Origin: Candidatus Pullilachnospira stercoravium
Lineage (GTDB): Bacteria; Bacillota; Clostridia; Lachnospirales; Lachnospiraceae
Reading direction: 5' to 3'
NCBI GenBank assembly: GCA_018713585.1
Contig: DVON01000292.1
Location: forward strand, 4,749 to 68,748
DNA length: 64,000 nucleotides
This document shows positions 16,410 through 27,605 of the stretch, in pieces; the stretch's first letter is position 1, and each line of letters begins with the position of its first letter. The notes below the pieces were generated by a model, which was not told where the DNA came from, ran no database searches, and saw only the letters and a program-made list of their open reading frames with translations. Both the position numbers and the translations under genes were made by a program.

Positions 16410-17546
16410 TTATTCTACCCCCTTTACATTACGCGCGATCAGCTCGATGCTGCCGTCTTTGCTTCCCACGGAAGCATTTTTTCCGATGGTGACGCCGTCC
16501 GCTGCCAGAACTCTGTTGACCACGGCTCCTGCCTCTACGGTTACGCCGGGCATCAGCACACTGTCGGTGACTACGGCGCCGGGGCCGATTTTTACTCCCG
16601 TAAACAGTACGGAATTGGCCACTTCACCTTCGATTACACAGCCCTGGGTGATAAAGCCGCGCTTGATGGAAGCGTCAGGCCCGATATAATGGGGCGGTGT
16701 GGTGGCATCTTCCGTATAAATCTTCCAGGTGGGATCGTTGAGATCCAGCGGGTTGTTCTTATCCAGAAGGTCCATGTTGGCCTGCCACAGAGAGTCGATG
16801 GTTCCCACATCTTTCCAGTAGCCTTCAAACCGGTACGCGTAGAGGCTCTTATTCTGTCCGATCAGTACAGGAATAATATCCTTTCCGAAATCATGCTGAG
16901 ATTGGGTATCCTTCTGGTCGGCCACCAGGATTTTCCTCAGAGATTTCCAGTTGAAGATATAGATACCCATGGAAGCAAGCGTGCTTTTGGGGTTCTTGGG
17001 CTTTTCTTCAAAGGACTGGATCCGGCCCGTCTCGTCTGTATTCAGGATACCGAAACGGCTGGCCTCCTCCAGAGGAACGTCGATCACCGCGATGGTGGCG
17101 TCCGCGTTCTGTTTTTTATGAAATGCCAGCATTTTCGCGTAGTTCATCTTGTAGATATGGTCACCGGACAGCACCAGAAGATATTCCGGAGAATAGGAAT
17201 CAATAAAATCCATATTCTGGGAAATGGCGTCGGCGGTTCCCCGGTACACATCCAGATCCGTATCCGCTTTTTCTCTGGGAGACAGCACAAAGACGCCGCT
17301 GTTTTTTGCGTCCAGTCCCCAGCGGCCTCCGGCGGCCACATAGCTGTTCAGGAGAATGGATTCATACTGAGTCAGAACTCCTACGATATCAATGCCGCTG
17401 TTGGCACAGTTACTCAGCGCAAAGTCAATGATCCGGTACTTTCCGCCATATGCTACCGCCGGCTTGGCCACCTTTCTTGTGAGCTCATGGAGGCGGCTTC
17501 CTCTTCCGCCGGCCAGGATCATGGCCAGCATATTGTTCTGCTTCAT
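16410..17546 (-). CDS. glgC: Glucose-1-phosphate adenylyltransferase
   Basis: The N-terminus reads [47 protein letters not shown]. The C-terminal LbH repeats are present. Confidence 0.93.
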   Translation of the reverse strand: MKQNNMLAMILAGGRGSRLHELTRKVAKPAVAYGGKYRIIDFALSNCANSGIDIVGVLTQYESILLNSYVAAGGRWGLDAKNSGVFVLSPREKADTDLDVYRGTADAISQNMDFIDSYSPEYLLVLSGDHIYKMNYAKMLAFHKKQNADATIAVIDVPLEEASRFGILNTDETGRIQSFEEKPKNPKSTLASMGIYIFNWKSLRKILVADQKDTQSQHDFGKDIIPVLIGQNKSLYAYRFEGYWKDVGTIDSLWQANMDLLDKNNPLDLNDPTWKIYTEDATTPPHYIGPDASIKRGFITQGCVIEGEVANSVLFTGVKIGPGAVVTDSVLMPGVTVEAGAVVNRVLAADGVTIGKNASVGSKDGSIELIARNVKGVE

Positions 17547-17726
17547 GAAAAAACCTCGCTTTCATCAGAATTACAGTGGATAAAATTACTACTGTCGCTG
17601 TCTCTATTATAATAAATTTTAAGTGATCTTGCCATAATATTTTGGTGAAAAAGAGAAATAAATTGTTAAAAATAGGAAAAATCGGGAAATTGGAAAGGAA
17701 TAGAAAATTGAGAATCAGAAATACAA

Positions 17727-17765
17727 CAATGGAAAGCCCCATGCGCGAACCCGGACTTTCCATTG
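17727..17765 (-). terminator. Intrinsic terminator downstream of the hemolysin III-family gene
   Basis: CAATGGAAAG...CTTTCCATTG forms a 10-bp stem. On the minus strand it is followed by TTGTATTTC. Confidence 0.55.
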
Positions 17766-17787
17766 CCGCAGAAACGTTTATTCCGTT

Positions 17788-18447
17788 TTAAACCGGAGCA
17801 CCCGCCAGCAGAAACATGGTAACAAAATGGCAGGCGCTTCCGCCCATCACAAAAAGATGAAAAATTTCGTGAGAACCGAAATTTTTATGTCTTGCGTCAA
17901 ACAACGGAACCTTCAGCGCGTAAATGATGCCGCCGATGGTATAGATGATGCCGCCGGCAAGAAGCCATCCAAAAGCCGGGCGGGACAGCGCGTGGAAAAT
18001 CTGCGAAAATGCCAGCACACACAGCCAGCCCATGCCGATGTAGATCACAGAGGAAAACCATTTGGGACAGGTGATCCAGAAGGCTTTGATCAGAATACCC
18101 AGGATAGCCACTGCCCATACCAGCGCGCAGAGGATGGTTCCGGTCCGTCCTTCCAGGGCAATCAGGCATACCGGCGTATAACTGCCCGCGATCATCACAA
18201 AGATCATCATGTGATCCATTTTTCTCAGCCTTCGGTTCACATTCTCATTGATATCCAGAGAATGGTATAAGGTACTGGCCATATACAAAAGAACCATACT
18301 CAGCACAAAGATGGACAACGCGATCACATGCAGGTGATCCGGTTCTCTGGCTGCTTTAATCAACAGCGGAGCGGCGGCCAAAAGAGCCATGACCATAGCG
18401 ATGAAATGCGTGATTGCGCTTCCGGGATCCTTTAGTTTGAATTTCAT
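17788..18447 (-). CDS. Hemolysin III / PAQR-family membrane protein
   Basis: The start is MKFKLKDPGSAITHFIAMVM. There are seven predicted TM helices. The conserved motifs are STLYHS, DHMMIF and the C-terminal HEIFHLFV. Confidence 0.85.
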   Translation of the reverse strand: MKFKLKDPGSAITHFIAMVMALLAAAPLLIKAAREPDHLHVIALSIFVLSMVLLYMASTLYHSLDINENVNRRLRKMDHMMIFVMIAGSYTPVCLIALEGRTGTILCALVWAVAILGILIKAFWITCPKWFSSVIYIGMGWLCVLAFSQIFHALSRPAFGWLLAGGIIYTIGGIIYALKVPLFDARHKNFGSHEIFHLFVMGGSACHFVTMFLLAGAPV

Positions 18448-18610
18448 AGAATCATCTCCAATCAAAATCTGCAACATGATATAAGTTCTAAAATTCGACA
18501 TGTAGTTTTTAAAACTACATTGTGCTATTATAATATACCGATTCTTTGGAAATTACAATAGAATTCACAAAATTTTAAAATTCTTTTGAAATAGTTTTCA
18601 TTATCGTGAA

Positions 18611-18653
18611 TAAAAAAGCCGGCCCGGTACATCATGGTAAGTACCGGACCGGC
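18611..18653 (-). terminator. Intrinsic terminator downstream of the S1-domain gene
   Basis: On the minus strand, GCCGGTCCGGTAC-TTACCATGAT-GTACCGGGCCGGC is followed by TTTTTTATT. Confidence 0.8.
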
Positions 18654-18710
18654 ATCTTTGCCGGAAATACGGCGGTCAGCCTTTACCGTCTGGCCGCCGG
18701 GGTATTCCTT

Positions 18711-19646
18711 TTACAGTTTGATGTTGGCGAACAGAGAACCGAGACTGGTGGTGGCCTCCTCAGCTTTGGGAAGCTCGTAAACCTCCTCTTCGATCTCCTG
18801 GACTGCCACATCGTTCAGAGCCTTCATACTGAGACTCAGCTTGCCCTCTTTGATGGCGATGACTTTTACTTTTACCTTATCGCCCACGGAAAGCACCACG
18901 GAAGGATCTTTGATTCTCTTTTCACTGATCTGGGAAACATGTACCAGGCCGGACAGCCCGTTTCCCAGGTCGATAAACGCGCCGTAAGGCTTGATGCTCT
19001 CGACGGTTCCCTCAGTTACCAGGCCCACTTCCACGTTGGAAATTCTGGCCTTTCTCTCTTCCCGTGCCTTTTCCCGCAGAATATCTCTGGCAGACAGGAT
19101 CAGACGGTCTTTGGCTCTGTCCAGATCAATCACCTGCACCTGAATCTGCCGGTTCAGGTATTCGTTGAGATCTTCCACATAGCTGAGAGACAGTTTGGAG
19201 GCGGGGATAAAACCGCGGATGCCCTCCACATACGCGATGACACCGGCGTTCACCACGCCCTTTACCGTCACATCCAGAACGGTCTTGTCCTCCATGTACT
19301 GATTCAGCTTCTCCCAGGCCAGATCGTCAGCAGCTTCCACCCGTGACAACAGGATACTTCCCTTTTGGGAATCCCGTCCGATGACGGTGGCAGTCACCTC
19401 ATCTCCCACATGGACTGCTTCTTTTAACTGAAATCCCGGCTCACGGCTGTAGTCGGATGCCCGGATGATACCTTCGGTGTAGGACTTCAGGTCAAGGGTT
19501 ACCTCATCCTCGTCCACAGCGATCACAGTAGCAGTCACCAGATCGCCTTCCTCCAGTTTTTTGAGGGAAGCCTCCAGCTCCGCTTCGTAGTCTGCCATGG
19601 AAGTCTTTTCTTCCGCGGCCGGTGTTGTATTCATTTCATTTTCCAT
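18711..19646 (-). CDS. S1 RNA-binding domain protein (ribosomal protein S1-like, about four S1 repeats)
   Basis: Repeated S1 OB-fold signatures are present, for example GDLVTATVIAVDEDEVTLDL, GVVNAGVIAYVEGIRGFIPASKLS and GTVESIKPYGAFIDLGNGLSGLVHVSQIS. AAGGAGG lies 8 nt upstream of the ATG. Confidence 0.82.
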   Translation of the reverse strand: MENEMNTTPAAEEKTSMADYEAELEASLKKLEEGDLVTATVIAVDEDEVTLDLKSYTEGIIRASDYSREPGFQLKEAVHVGDEVTATVIGRDSQKGSILLSRVEAADDLAWEKLNQYMEDKTVLDVTVKGVVNAGVIAYVEGIRGFIPASKLSLSYVEDLNEYLNRQIQVQVIDLDRAKDRLILSARDILREKAREERKARISNVEVGLVTEGTVESIKPYGAFIDLGNGLSGLVHVSQISEKRIKDPSVVLSVGDKVKVKVIAIKEGKLSLSMKALNDVAVQEIEEEVYELPKAEEATTSLGSLFANIKL

Positions 19647-19740
19647 TGCCCAGCTCCTCCTTTAAAAAACGTTTACGCTTTCTATTATATACCCGACAGC
19701 TGGCAAAAGGAAGGAAAAAATTCCTGCGTACATGTATTCG

Positions 19741-19771
19741 TGCCGGTGAAACCGTAAGGCTGAACGGTTAC
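19741..19771 (-). repeat. Short copy (left arm) of the dispersed repeat, minus orientation
   Basis: The reverse complement reads GTAACCGTTCAGCCTTACGGTTTCACCGGCA. Confidence 0.6.
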
Positions 19772-19850
19772 GGGATTGACCCGTAAAATATATATGTGCT
19801 ATGATGAAAAAAATACGGCATCAGCAGCCGGAAATAAGAGGCAGAGAATC

Positions 19851-21497
19851 GTGAAGAAAGAAAAAACATTTATCATTGGCCATAAAAATCCGGACACGGA
19901 TTCCATTTGCTCCGCCATCGCCTATGCGGATATCAAAAGCCGTACCAGCAAGGGCTCTTTCGTGGCCAGAAGAGCGGGTCAGATCAATGAGGAGACGGAG
20001 TTTGTACTGAAGTATTTCCATATGGATGCCCCTGCCTACCTGCCGGATGTGGGAACACAGGTGAAGGATATGGACATTCATATGACGCCTGGAGCGGAAA
20101 AGTCCATGTCCGTAAAGCGGGCCTGGAATCTTATGAGAGAGCATAACGCGGTAACGCTTCCCATTACAGATAAGGAGGGAATGCTGGAAGGAATCATTAC
20201 CACAGGAGATATCGCCACCTCCTATATGGATGCATATGACAGCACCCTGCTGTCAGAGGCCAGAACCCAGTACCGCAGTATCGCGGATACGCTGGACGGA
20301 CAGGTACTGGTGGGAAATGAACACGGATATTTTATCAAGGGAAAGGTGCTGGTAGGTTCCGCCCATCCGGATATGATGGAGAGTTATATTGAGTCGGATG
20401 ACATGGTGATTCTGGCCAACCGGGCGGAGGATCAGCTCTGTGCCATCGAGAACAACGCCAGCTGTCTGATTATCTGTCTGGGCGCAAAGGTGTCTCAGAC
20501 TATTCAGCGTCTGGCAGCGGAGCGGGAGTGCGTAATCATCACCACACCCTATGATACCTTTACGGTGGCCAGACTGATTTATCAGAGTATTCCCGTAAAA
20601 TATTTTATGAAGAAAGATAACCTGATCACCTTCCGCAGTGACGATTTCACGGACAAAGTGAAAGAGGTGATGACAAAAAACCGTTACCGGGCATTCCCGG
20701 TGGTGGATAAGAGAGGAAAATATATCGGCACAGTTTCCAGACGGAACCTGCTGAATATCAAGAAGAAAAAACTGATTCTTGTGGACCACAATGAAAAATC
20801 CCAGGCGGTGGATAACATTGATGAGGCGGAGATTCTGGAGATCATCGACCATCACCGGATCGGATCCCTGGAGACCTTCCAGCCGGTGATGTTCCGGAAC
20901 CAGCCGGTGGGCTGCACCGCCACCATTATGTATCAGATTTACGGGGAAAATTATCTGGATATTCCCAGGAATATCGCCGGACTTCTGTGCGCGGCCATTT
21001 TGTCCGATACGCTGATGTTCCGTTCGCCCACCTGCACGGAGAAGGATAAGGAAGCGGCCCAGGAGTTGGCGAAGATCGCCGGTATCGATATGCATGCCTT
21101 TGCGGCGGAGATGTTCCATGCGGGCAGCAATCTGGAGGACAAGACGCCGGAGGAAATCTTTTACCAGGATTATAAGAAATTTATCGCTGATGAGGTGGTC
21201 TTTGGAGTGGGACAGATCAGCTTTATGTCAGAAGAAGAACTGCAGTCGGTGAAGGAACGGCTGCTGCCTTATATGGCAAAGGAATGTGGGAAGCATGGTG
21301 TACAGATGGTATTTTTCATGCTGACCAACATCATAAAGGAGTCCACAGAACTGCTCTGCTACGGAGAGGGAGCTGAAGCGTTGGTAATGGAGGCTTTCCA
21401 TACGGAAGTGGAGGAGGGATCCTGCCGGCTTAAGGGAGTGGTTTCCAGAAAGAAACAGCTGATTCCCCGGTTTATGGCGGCGCTTCAGCAGCAGTAA
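19851..21497 (+). CDS. CBS-domain-containing family II (DHH/DHHA2) inorganic pyrophosphatase
   Basis: FIIGHKNPDTDSICSAIAYA is DHH motif I, VDHNE and DHHR are present, a CBS pair plus a DRTGG-like insert follow, and the DHHA2 C-terminus is present. The start is GTG at 19851 by RBS spacing and by comparison with typical N-termini. The ORF is open from 19776. Confidence 0.85.
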   Translation: MKKEKTFIIGHKNPDTDSICSAIAYADIKSRTSKGSFVARRAGQINEETEFVLKYFHMDAPAYLPDVGTQVKDMDIHMTPGAEKSMSVKRAWNLMREHNAVTLPITDKEGMLEGIITTGDIATSYMDAYDSTLLSEARTQYRSIADTLDGQVLVGNEHGYFIKGKVLVGSAHPDMMESYIESDDMVILANRAEDQLCAIENNASCLIICLGAKVSQTIQRLAAERECVIITTPYDTFTVARLIYQSIPVKYFMKKDNLITFRSDDFTDKVKEVMTKNRYRAFPVVDKRGKYIGTVSRRNLLNIKKKKLILVDHNEKSQAVDNIDEAEILEIIDHHRIGSLETFQPVMFRNQPVGCTATIMYQIYGENYLDIPRNIAGLLCAAILSDTLMFRSPTCTEKDKEAAQELAKIAGIDMHAFAAEMFHAGSNLEDKTPEEIFYQDYKKFIADEVVFGVGQISFMSEEELQSVKERLLPYMAKECGKHGVQMVFFMLTNIIKESTELLCYGEGAEALVMEAFHTEVEEGSCRLKGVVSRKKQLIPRFMAALQQQ

Positions 21498-21519
21498 GAG
21501 AGAAAGGATAACGGAAATT

Positions 21520-22149
21520 ATGGCAAAGCAGCAGTGGAAGCCGGGAAACATGCTTTATCCCCTTCCTGTGGTGATGGTCAGCGTCAGGGACGGGGAGGGA
21601 AAGGATAATATTATTACAGTGGCCTGGGCGGGAACGGTCTGCACCAATCCCCCTATGGTATCCATTTCCGTAAGACCTGAGAGATATTCCTATCATATGC
21701 TGAAGGAAAGCGGGGAGTTTGTCATTAACCTTACCACAGAGGAACTTTGCCGGGCTGCGGATTACTGTGGAGTAAAATCAGGCCGTGATGTGGACAAGTT
21801 CCGGGAGCTGGGGCTGAAAAAAGAAGAGGCATCTGTGGTTGGAGCTCCTATGATCGGACAGTCTCCGGTGAATATCGAATGTCGCGTGACAAAGGTGGAG
21901 GAACTGGGATCTCACCATATGTTTCTGGCCCGTGTTGAGGCAGTACATGCCGATGAAGCATGGATGGATGAAAAGGGCCGGTTCGATCTGAACAAATCGC
22001 TTCCTGTGGCTTATTCTCATGGTGAATATTACGGACTGGGCAGGAAGCTGGGGACTTTCGGATTCAGCGTCCGCAGGAAGACGGCGGCGTCCGCAAAAGG
22101 TAAAAAACGGACGAAAAAGGGAACCGTCCGGAAAAATGACGGGAAGTGA
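21520..22149 (+). CDS. Flavin reductase-like (FMN-binding split-barrel) protein with a Lys/Arg-rich C-terminal tail
   Basis: LYPLPVVMVSVRDGEGKDNIITVAWAGTVCTNPPMVSISVRP is typical of flavin reductase-domain proteins. Confidence 0.83.
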   Translation: MAKQQWKPGNMLYPLPVVMVSVRDGEGKDNIITVAWAGTVCTNPPMVSISVRPERYSYHMLKESGEFVINLTTEELCRAADYCGVKSGRDVDKFRELGLKKEEASVVGAPMIGQSPVNIECRVTKVEELGSHHMFLARVEAVHADEAWMDEKGRFDLNKSLPVAYSHGEYYGLGRKLGTFGFSVRRKTAASAKGKKRTKKGTVRKNDGK

Positions 22150-22242
22150 CGGGAAAGTTTCATATTCTCCGGATTTTGAATGTAAAATCTGTGCAAAATG
22201 AAATTTTCTCATAGAATACTTGCTTGCGGGGCGAATTTTTTC

Positions 22243-23728
<1,486 letters not shown>

Positions 23729-23760
23729 GAGACAGAACCAATAGAATATTACAACAGAAG

Positions 23761-23801
23761 AAAAGCCTGTCGTTGGGAAATGTCCCGGCGGCGGGCTTTT
23801 T
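23761..23801 (+). terminator. Intrinsic terminator after gdhA
   Basis: AAAAGCCTGTCG...CGGCGGGC followed by TTTTT. The stem contains two U-G wobble positions. Confidence 0.62.
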
Positions 23802-23854
23802 GTGAGTGCGCGAAGGCAAAAGGAAATAGTGATGTTTCTATCAATGAACTCATC

Positions 23855-23896
23855 AAAACGAAAACCCTCGGATGGCGGTCCGGGGGTTTTCGTTTT
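23855..23896 (-). terminator. AT-rich hairpin/terminator at the end of dinB
   Basis: AAAACGAAAACCC...GGGTTTTCGTTTT is a 13-bp stem that abuts the dinB stop codon. Confidence 0.5.
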
Positions 23897-25098
23897 CATT
23901 TCTGCGGCATCTGACTCCCCTTCACCACAGCCCCATCGCCGTATTTCCCCCGGATCGCGTCCAGCGCCCGGTCCAGCTTCTGCTGTTTTGCCACGGCGGC
24001 GGGATCATAGGAGAACAAACTCATCTGCACCGGCTCACTCTGATCGGTGAGCTTTCCGGCGCGGACCCCCAGAAGACGGATGGGATTCCCGTTCCAGAGT
24101 GCGTCAAACAGGGTGCAGGCGTTCTGCCAGAGAACATTTCCGTCCTGGGTGGCTTCCGGCAGGGGCATCTGACGGGAATATTTGTCAAAGGTGGCGTATT
24201 TGATTTCCACGCAGAGATTGTTGGCCGCCTGTCCCGCAGCCTCCAGCCGCTTTCCTACTTTATTGGAGAGACGGCGCAGAACCGGGTAGGCGTCCCGGGC
24301 AGTGGTTATATCCTCCGGCAGCGTGGTGGAATTTCCTATTCCTTTGGCCTGGGCCGGTTCATTTTCCACAGGAGAATCATCAATGCCATTGGCATATTCC
24401 CAGAGCGTCCGGCCATGGCTTTTCAGGTGAAGGGTGAGGATCTGTGGATTCATCCGGGCCAGATCGCCGATGGTGTGGATATCCAGCTTTTCCAGCACAG
24501 CAACGGATGCGTGTCCGGCCATGAACAGTTCCGAGATGGGAAGGGGCCACATTTTTTTCTCGATCTCCCAGGGATACAGGGTATGGGTCTTATCGGGCTT
24601 TTCAAAATCGGAAGCCATCTTCGCCAGCAGTTTGTTGGTGGAAATTCCCACGTTGACGGTAAATCCGTAAATATCCCGCACATGATTCCGGATATAGGCG
24701 GCGCCTTCTTCCGGAGAAGAAAAACGGCCTGCGATATCCGTATAATCCATATAACATTCGTCAATGCTCACCTGTTCGATCTTGTCGGTGAGGGACCGGA
24801 GAAACTGCATTAGTCTGCGGCTGTAAGCGGAATACAGCTTGTGATCGGGCGGAATGATGGTCAGGGAGGGGAATTTTTTCAGGGCGCTGGCCACCGGTTC
24901 GGCGGTGCGTATGCCGTAAATTTTTTTAGCGGGAATGGATTTTGCCAGCACGATGCCGTGACGGGTCTCCCGGTCGCCGCCGATAATGGCGGGAATGGTA
25001 CGGATGTCCACACTTGTGGGATCCTCCTTCAAAAGCTTCAGTGCGCTCCAGCTCAGATATGCGGAATTGACATCGATATGAAAAATAATCCTGTTCAA
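23896..25098 (-). CDS. dinB: DNA polymerase IV (Y-family translesion polymerase)
   Basis: MNRIIFHIDVNSAYLSWSA, SIDECYMDYT and the little-finger region are present. The protein is 400 aa. Confidence 0.9.
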   Translation of the reverse strand: MNRIIFHIDVNSAYLSWSALKLLKEDPTSVDIRTIPAIIGGDRETRHGIVLAKSIPAKKIYGIRTAEPVASALKKFPSLTIIPPDHKLYSAYSRRLMQFLRSLTDKIEQVSIDECYMDYTDIAGRFSSPEEGAAYIRNHVRDIYGFTVNVGISTNKLLAKMASDFEKPDKTHTLYPWEIEKKMWPLPISELFMAGHASVAVLEKLDIHTIGDLARMNPQILTLHLKSHGRTLWEYANGIDDSPVENEPAQAKGIGNSTTLPEDITTARDAYPVLRRLSNKVGKRLEAAGQAANNLCVEIKYATFDKYSRQMPLPEATQDGNVLWQNACTLFDALWNGNPIRLLGVRAGKLTDQSEPVQMSLFSYDPAAVAKQQKLDRALDAIRGKYGDGAVVKGSQMPQK

Positions 25099-25170
25099 AT
25101 CTGCCCACCTCCTATCTTCAGTATAGTATAGAAAAGATCATTTGAAAACCATGGAAAACAGGATGCGAAG

Positions 25171-25206
25171 GCATTTGTGACAGCGGATGCGGAAGGCTGT
25201 TACCGG
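25171..25206 (-). repeat. Short copy (left arm) of the dispersed repeat, minus orientation
   Basis: The reverse complement reads CCGGTAACAGCCTTCCGCATCCGCTGTCACAAATGC. Confidence 0.6.
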
Positions 25207-25314
25207 CATTTGGCGGAAACCGGTTCAAAAAACTTGTGCTGAAAAATTTTCTGTGCTAAAATAATTAAAATATCATGTCTCAGGATATGATAGATAATAA
25301 ATCAAAGGAAGAAA

Positions 25315-25809
25315 ATGATGAATAATATCGTACTGATCGGGATGCCCGGCGTGGGAAAAAGCACGGTGGGCGTCATTCTGGCCAAAGAGCTGGGATATCA
25401 GTTTCTGGACGCGGATCTTCTGATCCAGAAGCGGGAAAACCGTCTGCTGAAGGAGATTATCGAGCAGGAAGGTGTGGATGGCTTTATTGAAATCGAAAAC
25501 CAGGTGAACGCCTCCATAGAAGCCGACAGAACAGTGGTGGCCACAGGGGGAAGCGTGGTATACGGGGAGGAAGCCATGGCTCATCTGAAAAAAATTGCCA
25601 CGGTAATCTACCTGAGATTATCCTATGAAGAACTGGAAAAAAGACTTGGAAATCTGAAAAACAGAGGGGTGGTGCTGCGGGAAGGACAGACGCTGAAGGA
25701 TTTATACGAAGAACGGATAAAGCTGTATGAAAAATACGCAGATCTCATAGTTGACGAGGAAAATAAGGGGATAGAAGAAACTTTACAGGCGATTGTAAAA
25801 GTTTTGTAA
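25315..25809 (+). CDS. aroK: Shikimate kinase
   Basis: NIVLIGMPGVGKSTVGVILAKELGYQFLDADLLIQ and ATGGS are present. The protein is 164 aa. Confidence 0.88.
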   Translation: MMNNIVLIGMPGVGKSTVGVILAKELGYQFLDADLLIQKRENRLLKEIIEQEGVDGFIEIENQVNASIEADRTVVATGGSVVYGEEAMAHLKKIATVIYLRLSYEELEKRLGNLKNRGVVLREGQTLKDLYEERIKLYEKYADLIVDEENKGIEETLQAIVKVL

Positions 25810-25968
25810 AAGAATCAGAAAATATTGAGGGACAATGTGAAGCGAAGTGTAAGGATTTCTTAATTTTTGTTTACAAAAAGTATCATTTGGTATAACATAG
25901 GTATACGAATAGAAGTGATTGCAAGCACCGGACTCACATTGGCTGAGTATAAAGCATAGAGGTGGACT

Positions 25969-27264
25969 ATGGAACAATATATTATAAAAGGCGGCAACCC
26001 GCTGGTTGGAGAAGTGGAGATCGGTGGGGCGAAGAATGCTGCGCTGGCGATTCTTGCCGCTGCCATTATGACGGATGATACAGTACGCATTGAGAATCTG
26101 CCCGATGTAAGAGATATTAACGTTCTGCTGGAGGCGATTCAGGAGATCGGGGCGGCTGTGGAGCGGGAGGACCGGCATACGGTCAGAATCAACGGTTCCA
26201 CAATCGGCGATATCAGTGTGGATTATGAATACATTAAGAAAATTCGTGCTTCCTATTATCTTCTGGGAGCGCTTCTTGGAAAATATAAAAAGGCAGAGGT
26301 GCCGCTGCCGGGAGGCTGCAATATCGGAAGCCGGCCGATTGACCTGCATCTGAAGGGCTTTCGCGCGCTGGGAGCCAGTGTGGAGATTAAAAACGGCGCT
26401 ATTGTGGCTACTGCTCCGGATGGGCTGAGAGGTTGTCATATTTTCATGGATACCGTTTCTGTGGGAGCAACCATCAATATTATGATGGCGGCATCCATGG
26501 CCAGAGGAAGCACCATTATTGAGAACTCTGCCAAAGAACCTCATGTGGTGGATACCGCCAATTTTCTCAACAGTATGGGTGCCAATATCAAAGGCGCCGG
26601 AACGGATGTGATCAGGATCCGCGGGGTAGAGCAGCTGCATGCCACGGATTACCCTATTGTGCCGGATATGATTGAGGCCGGAACGTATATGTTTGCCGCC
26701 GCGGCCACCAAAGGCGATGTGCTGGTAAAAAATGTAATTCCAAAACATCTGGAAGCTATTACCGCAAAACTGGAAGAAATCGGATGTGAGGTGGAAGAGT
26801 TTGACGATGCCGTCCGGGTGATTGCCTCCAAGCGTCTCAGGAGAACTCATGTAAAGACGCTGCCGTATCCGGGGTATCCAACGGACATGCAGCCGCAGAT
26901 TGCTGTGACGCTGGCGCTGGCGTCAGGAACCAGTATTGTGACGGAAAGCATTTTTGAAAACCGTTTTAAATACGCCGATGAACTGACCCGTATGGGTGCC
27001 AGTGTAAAAGTAGAAGGGAATACTGCGATTATTGACGGAGTGGATAAGCTGACCGGCGCCAGAGTCAGCGCACCGGATCTTCGCGCGGGAGCTGCCCTGG
27101 TGATTGCGGGGCTGGCAGCCGAAGGTATTACAATTGTGGATGATATTGTTTATATCCAGAGGGGATATGAAGACTTTGAGGGAAAACTGAGAAGCCTGGG
27201 CGCTGAGATCGAGAAGGTCAGCAGTGAAAAGGAGATTCAGAAATTCCGTCTGAGAATCGGATAA
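25969..27264 (+). CDS. murA: UDP-N-acetylglucosamine 1-carboxyvinyltransferase
   Basis: The N-terminus reads MEQYIIKGGNPLVGEVEIGGAKNAALAILAAA. The active-site Cys loop is LPGGCNIGSRPIDLHLKG. YPGYPTDMQPQ is also present. Confidence 0.94.
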   Translation: MEQYIIKGGNPLVGEVEIGGAKNAALAILAAAIMTDDTVRIENLPDVRDINVLLEAIQEIGAAVEREDRHTVRINGSTIGDISVDYEYIKKIRASYYLLGALLGKYKKAEVPLPGGCNIGSRPIDLHLKGFRALGASVEIKNGAIVATAPDGLRGCHIFMDTVSVGATINIMMAASMARGSTIIENSAKEPHVVDTANFLNSMGANIKGAGTDVIRIRGVEQLHATDYPIVPDMIEAGTYMFAAAATKGDVLVKNVIPKHLEAITAKLEEIGCEVEEFDDAVRVIASKRLRRTHVKTLPYPGYPTDMQPQIAVTLALASGTSIVTESIFENRFKYADELTRMGASVKVEGNTAIIDGVDKLTGARVSAPDLRAGAALVIAGLAAEGITIVDDIVYIQRGYEDFEGKLRSLGAEIEKVSSEKEIQKFRLRIG

Positions 27265-27445
27265 GGTACAGACCGCCGCCGGCGGACAGAGAAAAGCAGC
27301 AAGGGCACGGGCATTTGGCCTGGGTCTCTGCTGCTTCATTTCGTTAAGGTTTCGCGGGATTCGGAACTTTTGTTTTGACAAGGCATACACGGTATGTTAC
27401 ACTAAAAAAGATTATAATAACGACAATATGGGGTAATATTTTGCA

Positions 27446-27587
27446 ACAGATCAGCCTTCCGGCTTCACTGTCACAAAAGTATGCACACAGGCTGCGTTTC
27501 CCGCAGCCTGGCGCCTGCAGGCCTCGGGATCCCGCTGCAAATATGCATCGGGACACCTCGCGGGATAGTTGAAGACTGAACTGTAAC
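27446..27587 (+). repeat. Full-length (~142 bp) copy of the dispersed REP/MITE-like intergenic repeat
   Basis: Near-identical to 3061-3204, with the same termini, hairpin core and palindromes. Confidence 0.85.
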
Positions 27588-27605
27588 AATATTTTCAAGT
27601 CAGAG